Translations under genes and position numbers: made by a program
Notes under the pieces: generated by a model
Seen by the model: only the letters and a program-made list of their open reading frames with translations
What the model was told of the DNA's origin: nothing
Databases searched by the model: none
Part shown: positions 48,728 through 60,172 of the stretch, in pieces
How the letters are laid out: each line of letters opens with the position of its first letter
How positions within the stretch are numbered: position 1 is the first letter of the stretch
Assembly: GCF_001194135.2 (NCBI RefSeq)
Contig: NC_068981.1
Span: 22,585,690-22,649,689 of the forward strand
Reading direction: 5' to 3'
Source of the DNA: Octopus bimaculoides
Lineage: Eukaryota
DNA: 64,000 nucleotides

Positions 48728-49639
48728 CATAAGAAGCAGCACATATGCTTGGACACAATAACCTCCTAAGCAGACCTAGTACAGATATAAATGTAATATT
48801 GGAACTGGTATTAAGAAAAGATAAAATATTAGGTTTATAAGCCAAAAAATTCACTCTAAGCACTTTTCTCCTACTCCCTAATGATTCTGCCATCTAGGCA
48901 ACAATTGTATAACATTACAACACAAATGTATTTAAAATATTTTCCCTTCTTTTCCTTTACACCATATACTTTACATATGAACACTCAATAATAATGATAA
49001 AGCAGAAACAAACCTGGTAATAGTTGTCATATTTGAAGAATTTGTTGAAGATTCACCAATAATCTACAAAATCTCTATGATATCGTACCAAATGAGTTTT
49101 TAAATTCCAGTAGAACAAGAAATCCAGAGATAAAGTAGATTTGTTAGCTCATATTTACATTTTTTTGATCTTTATAAATCCTGTCTCGAGTTTTTTTAAT
49201 TTTTTGCCAGTACATGCCTACCATGTTATCTATTTGAGCCTACTGAAGCTGTTTGTGAGCCATAAGTTCATTTAATTAAAGTATGGTTGTAAATATGAAT
49301 CTAATGTGCATTTTAGCGTTAGGCAACTTCATTATAAGTGGGAAGAATAGTTATGTTCATTAGAATGTACTTTGTTCTAGGAATAAAATTCTGTAACTTA
49401 TGGCTGTACAAATGGCTTGACTGTACCACTGTGGAAGTCACTTACCATATCTTGACTGTATTGCTTCTCTGGGCATAGACACACTAAAATTTTGACATTT
49501 AATGCTAACCTGGTAAAAGCTCACAAGATTAGCCATCATTTTTTCAAAAATAACTTTGGCTACTTTTTAAATTCCTCTACAACTTAAGAACCAGCTTATA
49601 AAATGAAAAAAAAAAAAAGGCAATACAGTACCCATAATT

Positions 49640-49955
49640 TTCAGAAACATTTTTTCATACTCAGAATTGCCAAAGCATGAAACAAACTATCCATATCTAT
49701 AGTTAACTGTCAGGACACCACTTCCTCCAAAAATTCGATGCTTCTTGAAATTCCCCAACTGGCATATGTATTCTTGTTCTTTATAACTATTAGTGTTCAT
49801 TTTCCTCTATTTTTGTGTTTTATTCTGTGTACTGTACATGTGCTTCTAGCTTTCATTACTGTCTTTACACAATTTATATGTCTGCTTTCTGTCCCTTTTA
49901 ATCTTTTCTGATGAGTTACAGTGCACCTGAGCACTTTATACAATAAGTTCTTCAT
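49640..49955 (+). mobile_element. CR1-type LINE 3' end
   Basis: KHFFILRIAKA*NKL matches CR1 'HFF..RV...WN.LP'; 3' UTR GTGCACCTGAGCACT..TACAATAA is shared with 56020-56302. Confidence 0.7.
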
Positions 49956-50665
49956 CATCACCATTTAATAGTTGTTTGCCATGCTGGCATGGGTTGAACC
50001 ACACTCATTATTATTACATTATAAATGGCTGAGCAGATGAGGTACTTGACGCTCTGAACTTGGGAGTTTTCAAATCTTTCTCAAATATTTTGTTATTTCT
50101 TGATTGAACACTTTATTCTACATTACCTCAGTTGAAAAAAGCTGCTGAGAATAGGTACCATATCAGTTAGCAATGTTACCTATGATAAATTTGCAGTTCT
50201 AGCCAAAGGTAGATTTATTTATTGTCCACATTATGCCCATTATGCCATAAAACCACTTAAGTACTGGCCCTTAAAATTCCCTCAAGAATTTTAAAAGTTA
50301 CTATTATATAAAATATATCTCAGAAAGGTGAGAATGGAATTTACAGGAAAAACAAAAGAAAAACACACATGCACAACAGATGCAGACAAGCTTCACCCTT
50401 CATCAGTTGTCAATCAAATATCATCACAATTTCAACACTTTTCTGTAATATTGTTCAGTTTGGCTGAATCAACAACATAAGCTGTTGGGCAAACATGAAA
50501 AACAAATAAGGACAGAAAAATTGAAACAAATACAAATATATGCTGTATGAATTTATATTGCTCTCTGGTTTATCAAAGAGACAAATTTTGTACAGTACTG
50601 GTACCTTTTTTCCTAAAAAGTAAAATGAAACTAAATACTATAATGAATTTAATTAAATGCTCTAC

Positions 50666-50815
50666 CATTCGTCTCACAGCAGTAACAAGTCACATGACTG
50701 AGAAAGTAAGTTCTCTTATCTATATCAGGCTCACACTGCATGCAACATGCTGGGAGCCCCCCATGCAGGTTCTGATGAATTTGGTAAAAATTTTTATAAG
50801 AAAAGCTACAGATAA
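50666..50815 (-). CDS. Candidate 150-nt phase-1 symmetric exon with zinc-finger-like Cys/His spacing
   Basis: T-rich acceptor TTTTGTATAG, donor ATG|GTAGAG; reads ICSFSYKNFYQIHQNLHGGLPACCMQCEPDIDKRTYFLSHVTCYCCETN. Confidence 0.3.
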
Positions 50816-51900
50816 CTATACAAAATATTAAAAAAAAAACAGGAAGAAAGAAGACATATATTCTATTACATATGAACACATAATTTAAAACCTAAAATCA
50901 ATATTCTTCACCCTGGCTACTAGTCATGATTCATAATTGAAAATGGAAGAATTTAAAATGTCCATTACAGTTATTTTAAATGCTTCTGCAATGGGGCCTC
51001 TACTTTTTACCTTTTTTTGGTTTTTATTTCTCCTTAAAGCAATATATCTCTTGCTGCTATCTCAGCTGTACAGATTTAATGACTGAGATGATCTGATACA
51101 TGTTAGTACAAGGGGGCTTGAGATACAATAGTGGATGGGGGTTTATTAAACATCAGAATATTGATAAGAGATTGCATCTCCTGCTCTCTTTCTCTTTCTC
51201 TCCTTCCAAAAGTAGAATTGTACTGTGTATGGATTAAATAGATGTTTGGTACTATTAATAGAGGAATAAGAGTATTTAAATATGAACAAGTAGAACTATA
51301 TTTAAGAGTCATTTGTCTTCCACCATTCTGTTAATTCAGCAAAATGAAATAGTTGACCAAATGTTAATCAAAAAGTTATTGAATTTTCTTTCTCTATATA
51401 TCTAGCCAATATTTGAATGTTAATTTTTACCGAAACAGAGGCATGGCTGTGTGATTAAGAAGCTTGCTTCCCAACCATGTGGCTTTGAGTTCAGTTCCAC
51501 TGTACAGCACTTTGGGAAAGTGCTTTTATTATAGTTCTAGGATGACCAAAATTTTGTAAGTAGATTTGGTAGGTGGAAACTGGAAGGAGCCTGTTGTGTG
51601 TGTATTTGTGTGTGTGTGTGTAGAATCAACAGGTGAGATCCAGTGATGCTTAATACATAAAATATGCAGTAGAGCTCAAATGATTTGAACTTACACACTG
51701 CAGTCTTTATTGAAGACTGCATGGTAAAAAGTGGCTTTGAGAGGAATCCAAGTGTGCAGATATGGAGGTTGATGAGACACCCTTTGGTCATAACTGACCA
51801 TGGGATTGCACCTAGAAAGTTACCTTCCCAGGCACAAGTCTGGGCAAGGTTGTTTATGGAAGATTAGCAGTCGCCCATGCATATCGGTCTACCCTCTCCA

Positions 51901-52364
51901 CGTTTCTACGGGACAACCTGCTGAGGGCCACTGACCAGATCGTTGTCTCTTTCATTGGACACGAAACTCGGCTTGCGAAGACCTGTTGGGGCAAGCGAAA
52001 GCGAAATCGTGATGGCACCTGTGCCCAGCGTCGCCTTCTTGGCACTTGTGCCAGTGGCACATGTAAAGAGATTCGAGTGAGATCGTTGCCAGTGCCGCTT
52101 GACTGGCTCCTGTGCAGGTGGCACATAAAATACACCATTTTGAGCGTGGCCGTTGCCAGTACCGCCTGACTGGCCTTCGTGCCAGTGGCACGTAAAAGCA
52201 CCCACTACACTCTCGGAGTGGTTGGCGTTAGGAAGGGCATCCTGCTGTAGAAACTCTGCCAAATCAGATTGGAGCCTGGTGTAGCCATCTGGTTCACCAG
52301 TCCTCAGTCAAATCGTCCAACCCATGCTAGCATGGAAAGCAGACGTTAAATGATGATGATGATG

Positions 52365-52365
<1 letters not shown>
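51901..52365 (+). mobile_element. Retroposon family A, longest copy (extra 5' sequence plus tandem units)
   Basis: Unique 5' extension, about 3-4 tandem units, body and (GAT)n tail. A different repeat lies directly upstream in opposite orientation (about 51765-51900). Confidence 0.85.
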
Positions 52366-52396
<31 letters not shown>

Positions 52397-53067
52397 TTAT
52401 ATATATTTTTTTATACCAAAAATTAGGCAAAAGAATATAGTATCTGGTAACAAACTTAGCAAAATACTCACAGTTGAGTTTATATATATATATATATATA
52501 TGTATATAAAGCATCCAGTCTACACTGTAATATGGCTGGCATTTGGAAGGGCATCCAGTTGTAAAAGTCAGCCAAAACTAACCTAGCCTGTGCTCATGCC
52601 ATTTAAAAAGCATTGAGTCCACTTTGCGGAGTGGTTGGTGTTAGGAAGGGCATCCAGCCATAAAATCCCTGCAAAAGCAGACACAGTAGCCTAGGGTAGT
52701 TTTTCTACCTGGCTGGTTCCTGTCAACTGTCCTACCCATGCATACATGGAAGATGGATGTTAAATGATGAGGATGATATATAAATAACAAACCTGTCCAT
52801 TGTTTGTTATTTATCTATTTATTTATAATTCACCTCTTGGAATCTGCTCCTCGTGTATTCTGAAGTATATTATAGGCCATATATTAAATACAATGTGCAT
52901 TTCTGGATTAGCCCAAGGGCTGGTTATATACTCAGTTGGGTTCAATTAATTGAATAGATAACCTGAATAACTTCAGTACCAATGTTTGTATTTGTCTATA
53001 GTTGCTGTGTATGCATTTTATTTAGACCCGACCTCATGCCTTGGCATTTAAGCATGTGTATATATAC

Positions 53068-53119
<52 letters not shown>

Positions 53120-53131
<12 letters not shown>

Positions 53132-53337
53132 TCTTTTATTTGTTTCAGTCACTTGACTGTGGCCATGCTGGAGCCACTGCCTTTAGTTGAACAAATCAAC
53201 TCCAGAACTTATTCTTTGTAAGCCTAGTACTTATTCTATTGGTCCCTTTTGCCAAACTGCTAAGTTGCAGTGGTGTAAACACACCAGCATCAGTTGTTAA
53301 GCAACGGTGGGGAGACAAACACCGACACACAAACATA

Positions 53338-53389
<52 letters not shown>

Positions 53390-53545
53390 ATGGGCTTCTT
53401 TCAGTTTCTACCAAATCCACTCACAAGGCTTTGGTCAGCCCGAGGCTATAGTAGAAGACACTTGCCCAAGGTGTGACGCAGTGGGACTGAACCTGATCCT
53501 TTTGGTTGCAAATCAAACTTCTTAACCTCACAGCCATCCCTGTAC
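53120..53545 (-). mobile_element. SINE family B
   Basis: Tail, CA tract and head. Similar copy at 54400-54782; fragments at 63040-63935. Confidence 0.88.
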
Positions 53546-54174
53546 CCATTTTGTTGCTCATTACTACAGGTGTATATTTAATTAAAATATCTTGGTTCAC
53601 GACTTCAGGTATGTTAGCACTTACTTAAATCTTCCTTTTATATTTCTACATATGAATAGCGCTTAGATAATACAGTATAAAGAATTCCTATTATTTAAGA
53701 CTGGTGGTGGTGGTGGTGGTGTAGGGAAGGAAAGGTTTGACTGCCAGATAAATTACCTCTCAGAATTGAGTTTCATCTTTCTATGCTGCTTATCTGCTAG
53801 ATGAGGTTTTGATGGATGATATCTGGTGTATGTGTGCATATGTGTGTAGCAGGTGCCTCTGTCCCAGATATTTGAGCTATGCATTGAAGGTTAGGCGTGA
53901 GTGTGTAGTTTTATAATATCACATCTCGCATATATAACTACTACTTATCTTAACAATTCCAGAATAATAAACCAAAGGGAGACTCTTCATGGTCTTTTGA
54001 AATAAAACAACAACAACAACAACAACAAAAACCACTTTATCAACTCTTTCTGCCATTCTTAACTTTCTGAAACTGTGTTTAGTAGCTTTCTTCCAGACAA
54101 AACTGATATATTAAACTCCATTGTTCACATGTTGAAAGAAAAACCAACGTCTGAAGGACATCAAAATCACTTAC

Positions 54175-54228
54175 CTTCCCATTATGTACCCATTGAACTC
54201 CAGCTTGATTAAATTCAAACACCAATTC
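54175..54228 (-). CDS. Candidate 54-nt exon (ELVFEFNQAGVQWVHNGK or NWCLNLIKLEFNGYIMG)
   Basis: Acceptor CATTATTTTGTAG, consensus donor AAG|GTAAGT, two open frames. No homology recognised. Confidence 0.3.
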
Positions 54229-54592
54229 CTACAAAATAATGAAGTTTAATGGTATTCTAACCATTCCTCTGACCCAAGGAGATGAGACTGTTATTTTATC
54301 TTTTACATATTTCAGTCATTGGACAGTGGTCATGCTGGAGCACCACCTTCAAGGGCTTTAGTCAAACAAGTCACCACCATCCCATACTTCTTTCTTTTAT
54401 TCTTTTACGTGTTTTAGTCATTTGACTGTGGCCATGCTGGAGCACCGCCTTTAGTCAAGCAAATTGACCCCAGGACTTATTCTTTGTAAGCCTAGTACTT
54501 ATTCTATCGGTCTCTTTTGCCGAACTAATAAGTTATGGGGATGTAAATACACCAGCATTGGTTGTCAAGTGATGGTGGGGCAACAAACACTG

Positions 54593-54634
<42 letters not shown>

Positions 54635-55734
54635 GACGGGCTTCTTTCAGTTTGTGTCTACAAAATCCGCTCACACGGCTTTGGTTGGCCCTATAGTTGA
54701 CAAGATGCCACACAGTGAGACTGAACCCAGAACCATGTGGTTGGTAAGCAAGCTACTTACTACACAGCCACTCCTGCACCTCTTCATTTTCCTTTTAAGT
54801 GTAATACGTATTCTATCAGTTTCTTTTATAAAATAGTTAAGTTAGAAACTAACTAACATCTCTTGTCAAGTGGTGGTGGTGGTGGTGGGATGCCCCCCCA
54901 CCCACCGCCACATGACCTTCCACACACCTTCTGTCTCCCTAATTCACTCACAAAGCATTGGTTGGCCCAGTGCTATAGTAGACACTCACCCTAGGTGCTG
55001 TGCAGTGGGACTGAACCTGAAACTACATGGTTGCAAAGCAAATTTCGGTTCTTTTTCTGAAAAGTAAAACCCTAACATATAACACCATGCCTCTCTCTAT
55101 GCTTTATCCTTAGAAAATTTAACCACTTCCTGGTCTTGCCAATAATAAATTTATCATTATCTCTAATATTCTGAGCTAATTAATTCACTCACATTAGCCA
55201 ATGCTAATTATTTACGTTGGATATCTACTGAAGTCTACCGTTCCAATCAATTAACTATCAATCAAAGTTTAACCCTTACTGTTCATTCCTCATCAAATAA
55301 AAACCAACTTCCACATAAATCATACATCAAACAAAACTAATTATTTATATTAATTCACTTTCATTATCTGAAACCTTAGATTGTTATGTTACAGCCTACA
55401 TTATTAATCAACCAAAACGAATCATTTAACATTAGTTAGCCATCAATAGAGCCCGATCATTCACCTTAACCAATTATCAGAATGACTTCAACTATTTGTA
55501 GTAATCACGCTTTAATTAGATACAACTATTTATTTAACAACGGCTGCAGTTGACGTCTGTCTTAATTCAATATTGTAACATTACATAATAATAAATAAAC
55601 ACTAAATTTTGCTAACCATTCATTAATTAAATCAAGATGTTTATCTAAGACAACTGCCAACTAGATTTGCCGGCTACACTCAATGTTGTGACCAAATGTA
55701 TAAATCTAAGTGAACTGAAATAATAACAGAATTT

Positions 55735-55870
55735 AGCGATGGCCTAGTGGTTTAGATGTTAATCTCATGATCATATGATCAATGGTTCAATTCTATGACT
55801 GGGCTGCAAGTTGTATTCTTGAGCAAGGCACTTAATTTCACATTGTCCCAGTGTACTTGTCTAAATATTA
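55735..55870 (+). mobile_element. Old SINE head, family G (related to D)
   Basis: TGGCCTAGTGG A-box, GGTTCAATTC B-box, TCTTGAGCAAGGCACTTAATTTCAC middle. Confidence 0.65.
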
Positions 55871-56019
55871 CCAGTGGTAGGTCTGCCTCTTGCCTTAGAG
55901 GGAATATACATCTCGAAACATCTGATTTGGTTAATACAATAAAACTGGAACTAAGCACCAATTCTTAAAAACTTCTCACAGTTTAGAAGGATTTCATATT
56001 TTTTTACATGACTACTCAT

Positions 56020-56302
56020 ACAGGGAAATGTCTCCCAACATTTTTTCATTCTCAGAATTACTGAAGTATGGAATAAACTATCTGCATCAGTTGTTAGCTG
56101 TTGGACACTACATTCTTCAAAACTCCCATACTTCCTGAAATTTGCCAACAGTACATTTCACCCCACTTTTATTTTAACTACTCATTCACTGTTCACCTCC
56201 TGTCTGTTATTCTATGTGACTGTTCATGAACTTTTGGTTACTTTTCCTGATGAGTTGTAGTGCACCTGAGCACTGTATACAATAAGTTCATTAATATTAT
56301 TA
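56020..56302 (+). mobile_element. CR1-type LINE 3' end
   Basis: HFFILRITEVWNKLSASVV motif, shared 3' UTR and (ATT)-like tail. Confidence 0.75.
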
Positions 56303-56625
56303 TAACTACATAGCACTGTAATAGCTAGGATAACTTGTTGTTTACTGCATCCACTGGTGTGCATTCTGATGCAACTCAGAGGAAAAGAATTTAAGTCTCT
56401 GAAAGTTTCTGAGAAAAGATCTTGCTTCAGAGAGAACCAGTCAACAAAACCAATCTTCCATGACTGATTTTCATTCTTGATCCTTTAGTATCTCAGGCAT
56501 TTCTCTACCCTTACAATGGCGCTGGACAATCAATAAACCAATGTTCCACACACAAAGACTTGTATTTTGATCAATCAGGGTTCTAGCTATTTCTACATTC
56601 TTTCTCTGTGGTGACCATCTTTGAA

Positions 56626-56667
56626 CTTAAGCTATGAAAATTTTGTACAAAATTTCCATGGCTTAAG
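56626..56667. repeat. 42-bp loopless palindrome
   Basis: CTTAAGCTATGAAAATTTTGT|ACAAAATTTCCATGGCTTAAG, arms match at 19/21. Confidence 0.9.
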
Positions 56668-58320
56668 CACAAACTTCATCCATCAATTGCCAAAGTAAAT
56701 AGATCTTAAAATCCAATAAGCCCTAAGACTTCTCTGAAATGTTTAATTAGTTTCTTGTAAGCTTTTTCCTAGTCAAGTTAAGGGACCTTCTGAAATCTGT
56801 CCATAGACCCCTTCAAGATTGACAGATTGCAGATTAATAATGACTGCACTGGATATTTTCTCTCCTAGCTTCATCTTCATCAAACAGTAATTTCCCTTCC
56901 ATAGCTCAGACTCCATATTGATCTATCAACACTTTAAACATTTCTCTTCCTAGTTTTTAGAGGGTTTTTTTTTTTAGCATGTGTGCATGTTGACTGTATC
57001 ACAATAAATGAATGAATGAACTATTAATGATGGACATACAATTTTATATTAAAAAAAAAAACATTCATAACTATCATGTGTGTAATTTTTGTTGTTCCTG
57101 TATTCACAAATAAACTTTCTATTTCCACTTGATTCAGTCACATCTGTAACATCATCAACACTAACATCATCATCATAATCATCGTGATGTCTAAGCAAAT
57201 AATGAGATTTAAACTCATCTCTCTGGCAATACAGCTGATGAAAATTATTTATAGTTATGGGTTAAACTAACAGACAGTGAAGCATCATGTTTGTAAAAAA
57301 TATTTTTAGCAACTAATAATTGCTGCAAACATGAAATGTTTAAATATTTTTTCTGGTAAGAAACCTTGCTGCTTGCCAGCAGTAAATAGAATCCTTTATA
57401 ATTTACTAAATTATAAAGTCATCTTAAGTCAATAAAGTCCCAATACCAGGGGGAAAGAGTTAGCATATGTGACAGTGCACCAGACTGTATACTGCTATCA
57501 ACTTTTTCTTGCACCAGGCATAATGACAGATGTTCCATGTAACCCATTAACTATAGGACTTCTGTAGCACAGTTCTGTTCTGTTATCATATATCATTGTC
57601 CTCTTTCATCCACTTTTCCATGCATGCATGAGTCATGTGATATTTGTAGTGGCAGATTTTTCTATGGCTGGATGCCCTTCCTATCACTAACCTTCATCTG
57701 TTCCCAAGTAAGATAATATTTCCCCATGGACAGATATGTTTTCATGGAAGATTGGAAATGGACACCACTTGTATGGTAGTGGTTACAACTGTCATGTGAT
57801 ATCAAGGTAACGAGGGACAAACACCCCCCACCCACACACACACGCATATGTATTTCATCATAATTACCATTTCACATTCATTTTCCATGTTGGCAGGTAT
57901 CTGGCTATATATATGTACACATGTAGAGAAAGAGAGAAAGCTAATAGTGAGGGATTATCAATCTGGGCAAAATACTTCATAAGCTCTCTGCAGGCGCACC
58001 AGGCTAATGATATTGTTTAGATTAGTGAAGGACTCTCCAAGTATTCTTGTGGCAGTGTCCAAGGTTATGGCTCATCACAACTCTACATTGTAAATCCATG
58101 GATGATCTCCTGACAAACTGGTTTTTACACAGAGTGATATAGAAGATAAGCTAAAAAAATGGTCATTACACATTTTTCCTTTATTAGAGCATATTAGTGC
58201 ATATATGCACACACATACACACAATCCAATCGCACACGCACATACACAGTCCAATCACACACACTTATATACATACATACATACATACATACATGAATAC
58301 AATGAACTTCTTTCAGTTTC

Positions 58321-58479
58321 TTATTTCTTTATTGCCCACAAGGGGCTAAACACAGAGGGGACNNNNNNNNNNACTTAATTTATCAACCCCCGAAGGATGA
58401 CAGGCAAAGTCGACCTCGGCGGAATCTGAACTCAGAACGTAAAGACAGATGCTAACGTTTCTGCCAGTTCGCCGCCTTC
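58321..58479 (-). mobile_element. SINE family E inserted in a family B copy (contains 10-N gap)
   Basis: TSD CTTCTTTCAGTTTC (58307-58320) / CTTCTTCAGTTTC (58480-58492). Confidence 0.85.
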
Positions 58480-59900
58480 CTTCTTCAGTTTCTGTCAGCC
58501 AAATCTAGTCACAGGGCTTTGGTGCATGTGTGTGTGAATATGAGTATGAGTACATATGAAGTAAGCATCAGGATCCATGTATATTTTGCAGCATTCTTAT
58601 ATAATTAGAGAAGAAGAAGAATAAATACTAGTTAAATTCCTCAGAACAAATTACCAACTCTTTATAACATTACATTACTGATGTGAATATGATAACTTCA
58701 GAGTGGCTTTGCTTTTAGGTTAATAGATTCCACTTCTTTAATTTACAATGCAACATAAAAGATATTTCATGTTCAAAGAGTTTTATTTGAATAATTTCCT
58801 ACCTCTTCCTTTATTACTCTCTCTCTCTCTCTTCATAATTTCTTACGACCTTTCTTCTCCTTTGGGAGTATCTTCTGAGAGGAAAATTATGCAAGTCCAA
58901 TTGAAGATTGAGGAAATTAAGTCAGAGATTGATCTATAAGATAAGCTATACTGCTTTATTGTTAATGAAGTTGTCATTTATTACATGCCAAACTATATAT
59001 AATCACTTAGACCTGGTCTTTTGGATTCATTTAATCATATCTATTAATTCCCCTGGTTCCTTCCTTATGCTGCAGTTATATCCTCTGAGGAAACTAAGCT
59101 ACATATTGACCTGTTGTATAAGCTGTGCTTGATATACTCATGATGAAACTGTACCATTCATTTATAAGCAAAATTGCATATAATCGCTTAGAATGGGTGA
59201 AACAAAGAAAAAGTTGTTAGTCTTCTGTAAGAATATGGAACTATGAAGGAAAGGATTTTATTTCTGCAAGAATATGAAGGCATAAAGAGTGATGTCAAAT
59301 GTCTGAATCAGCCAACAAACAGATTTATTGGATCAAATTAAACTTTATCTATATAAACAGATCATATTTTGGATAAATTGCTACAAGAAAAATGTACAGC
59401 ATTTCTGGCCATAGCTTTTGTTAGAGAAAAGGATTTATTGCCTGAAATGTTAAAGTTTTCTTATTCCTCACAACAAACCAATTTATTTCACCTTTGAACT
59501 TCCTTATTTGCTGATACAGATCGTCACTAATTTCCTTGGATACTACCATTACTGAGGAATAATGCTTTATGTGTACATAGGATGTATTACCTTGGTGATT
59601 CTGTGCCTTTCTAAGCTATATCCACTGAAGGAGTTGAAATTTGCACTGCAAATTAATGAAACCCATCAGTTTTGTCCTGGTTCTGCTACTTATATTAGCT
59701 AGTTGTTCCTATTCTGTGGTGTCTCTTTAAGGCTAGGTGGACTTAACCATTTGATAATTCTTTTAATCACATACACAGTATAGCACTAGTAGCTAGATAT
59801 GGCTGTCCAAAACCCTATTGACTCAAACATCAGAATTTTGATTTCCATTGGAATTGGAATGTATATATTCACTTACTATCTTGGTTTTCTTACTCTGAGC

Positions 59901-60172
59901 TATTGGTTCTCAACTGGGGTCCATATGATCCTTAAGGAGTCCATATGACCCTCGGTGGTCCATATAAAATTTTGTGTTAAAATTTATGAGCAATAAGTAG
60001 CATATACTTCAACAATACACTAAAACTTTTAACAATTTTTAATACATTTTCTGATAATATTCAATAATAAAAAGATTATAGAGCTTTTTAAAATTGAATG
60101 GCTGTGAGGGCCCACCAGAGTAAAATAAGAATCAAGGGGGTCCCATAGATAAAAAGTGGTTGAGAATAACCG
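59901..60172. mobile_element. hAT/Charlie-like MITE
   Basis: Degenerate TIRs TATTGGTTCTCAAC / GTTGAGAATAACCG and 8-bp TSD CTCTGAGC / CTCTAAGC (7/8). Confidence 0.7.

Noticed and set aside
58750-59800. 1-kb unique stretch as a gene or transposase
   Set aside because: All frames have frequent stops and I recognised no motif; it is probably an old unclassified remnant.
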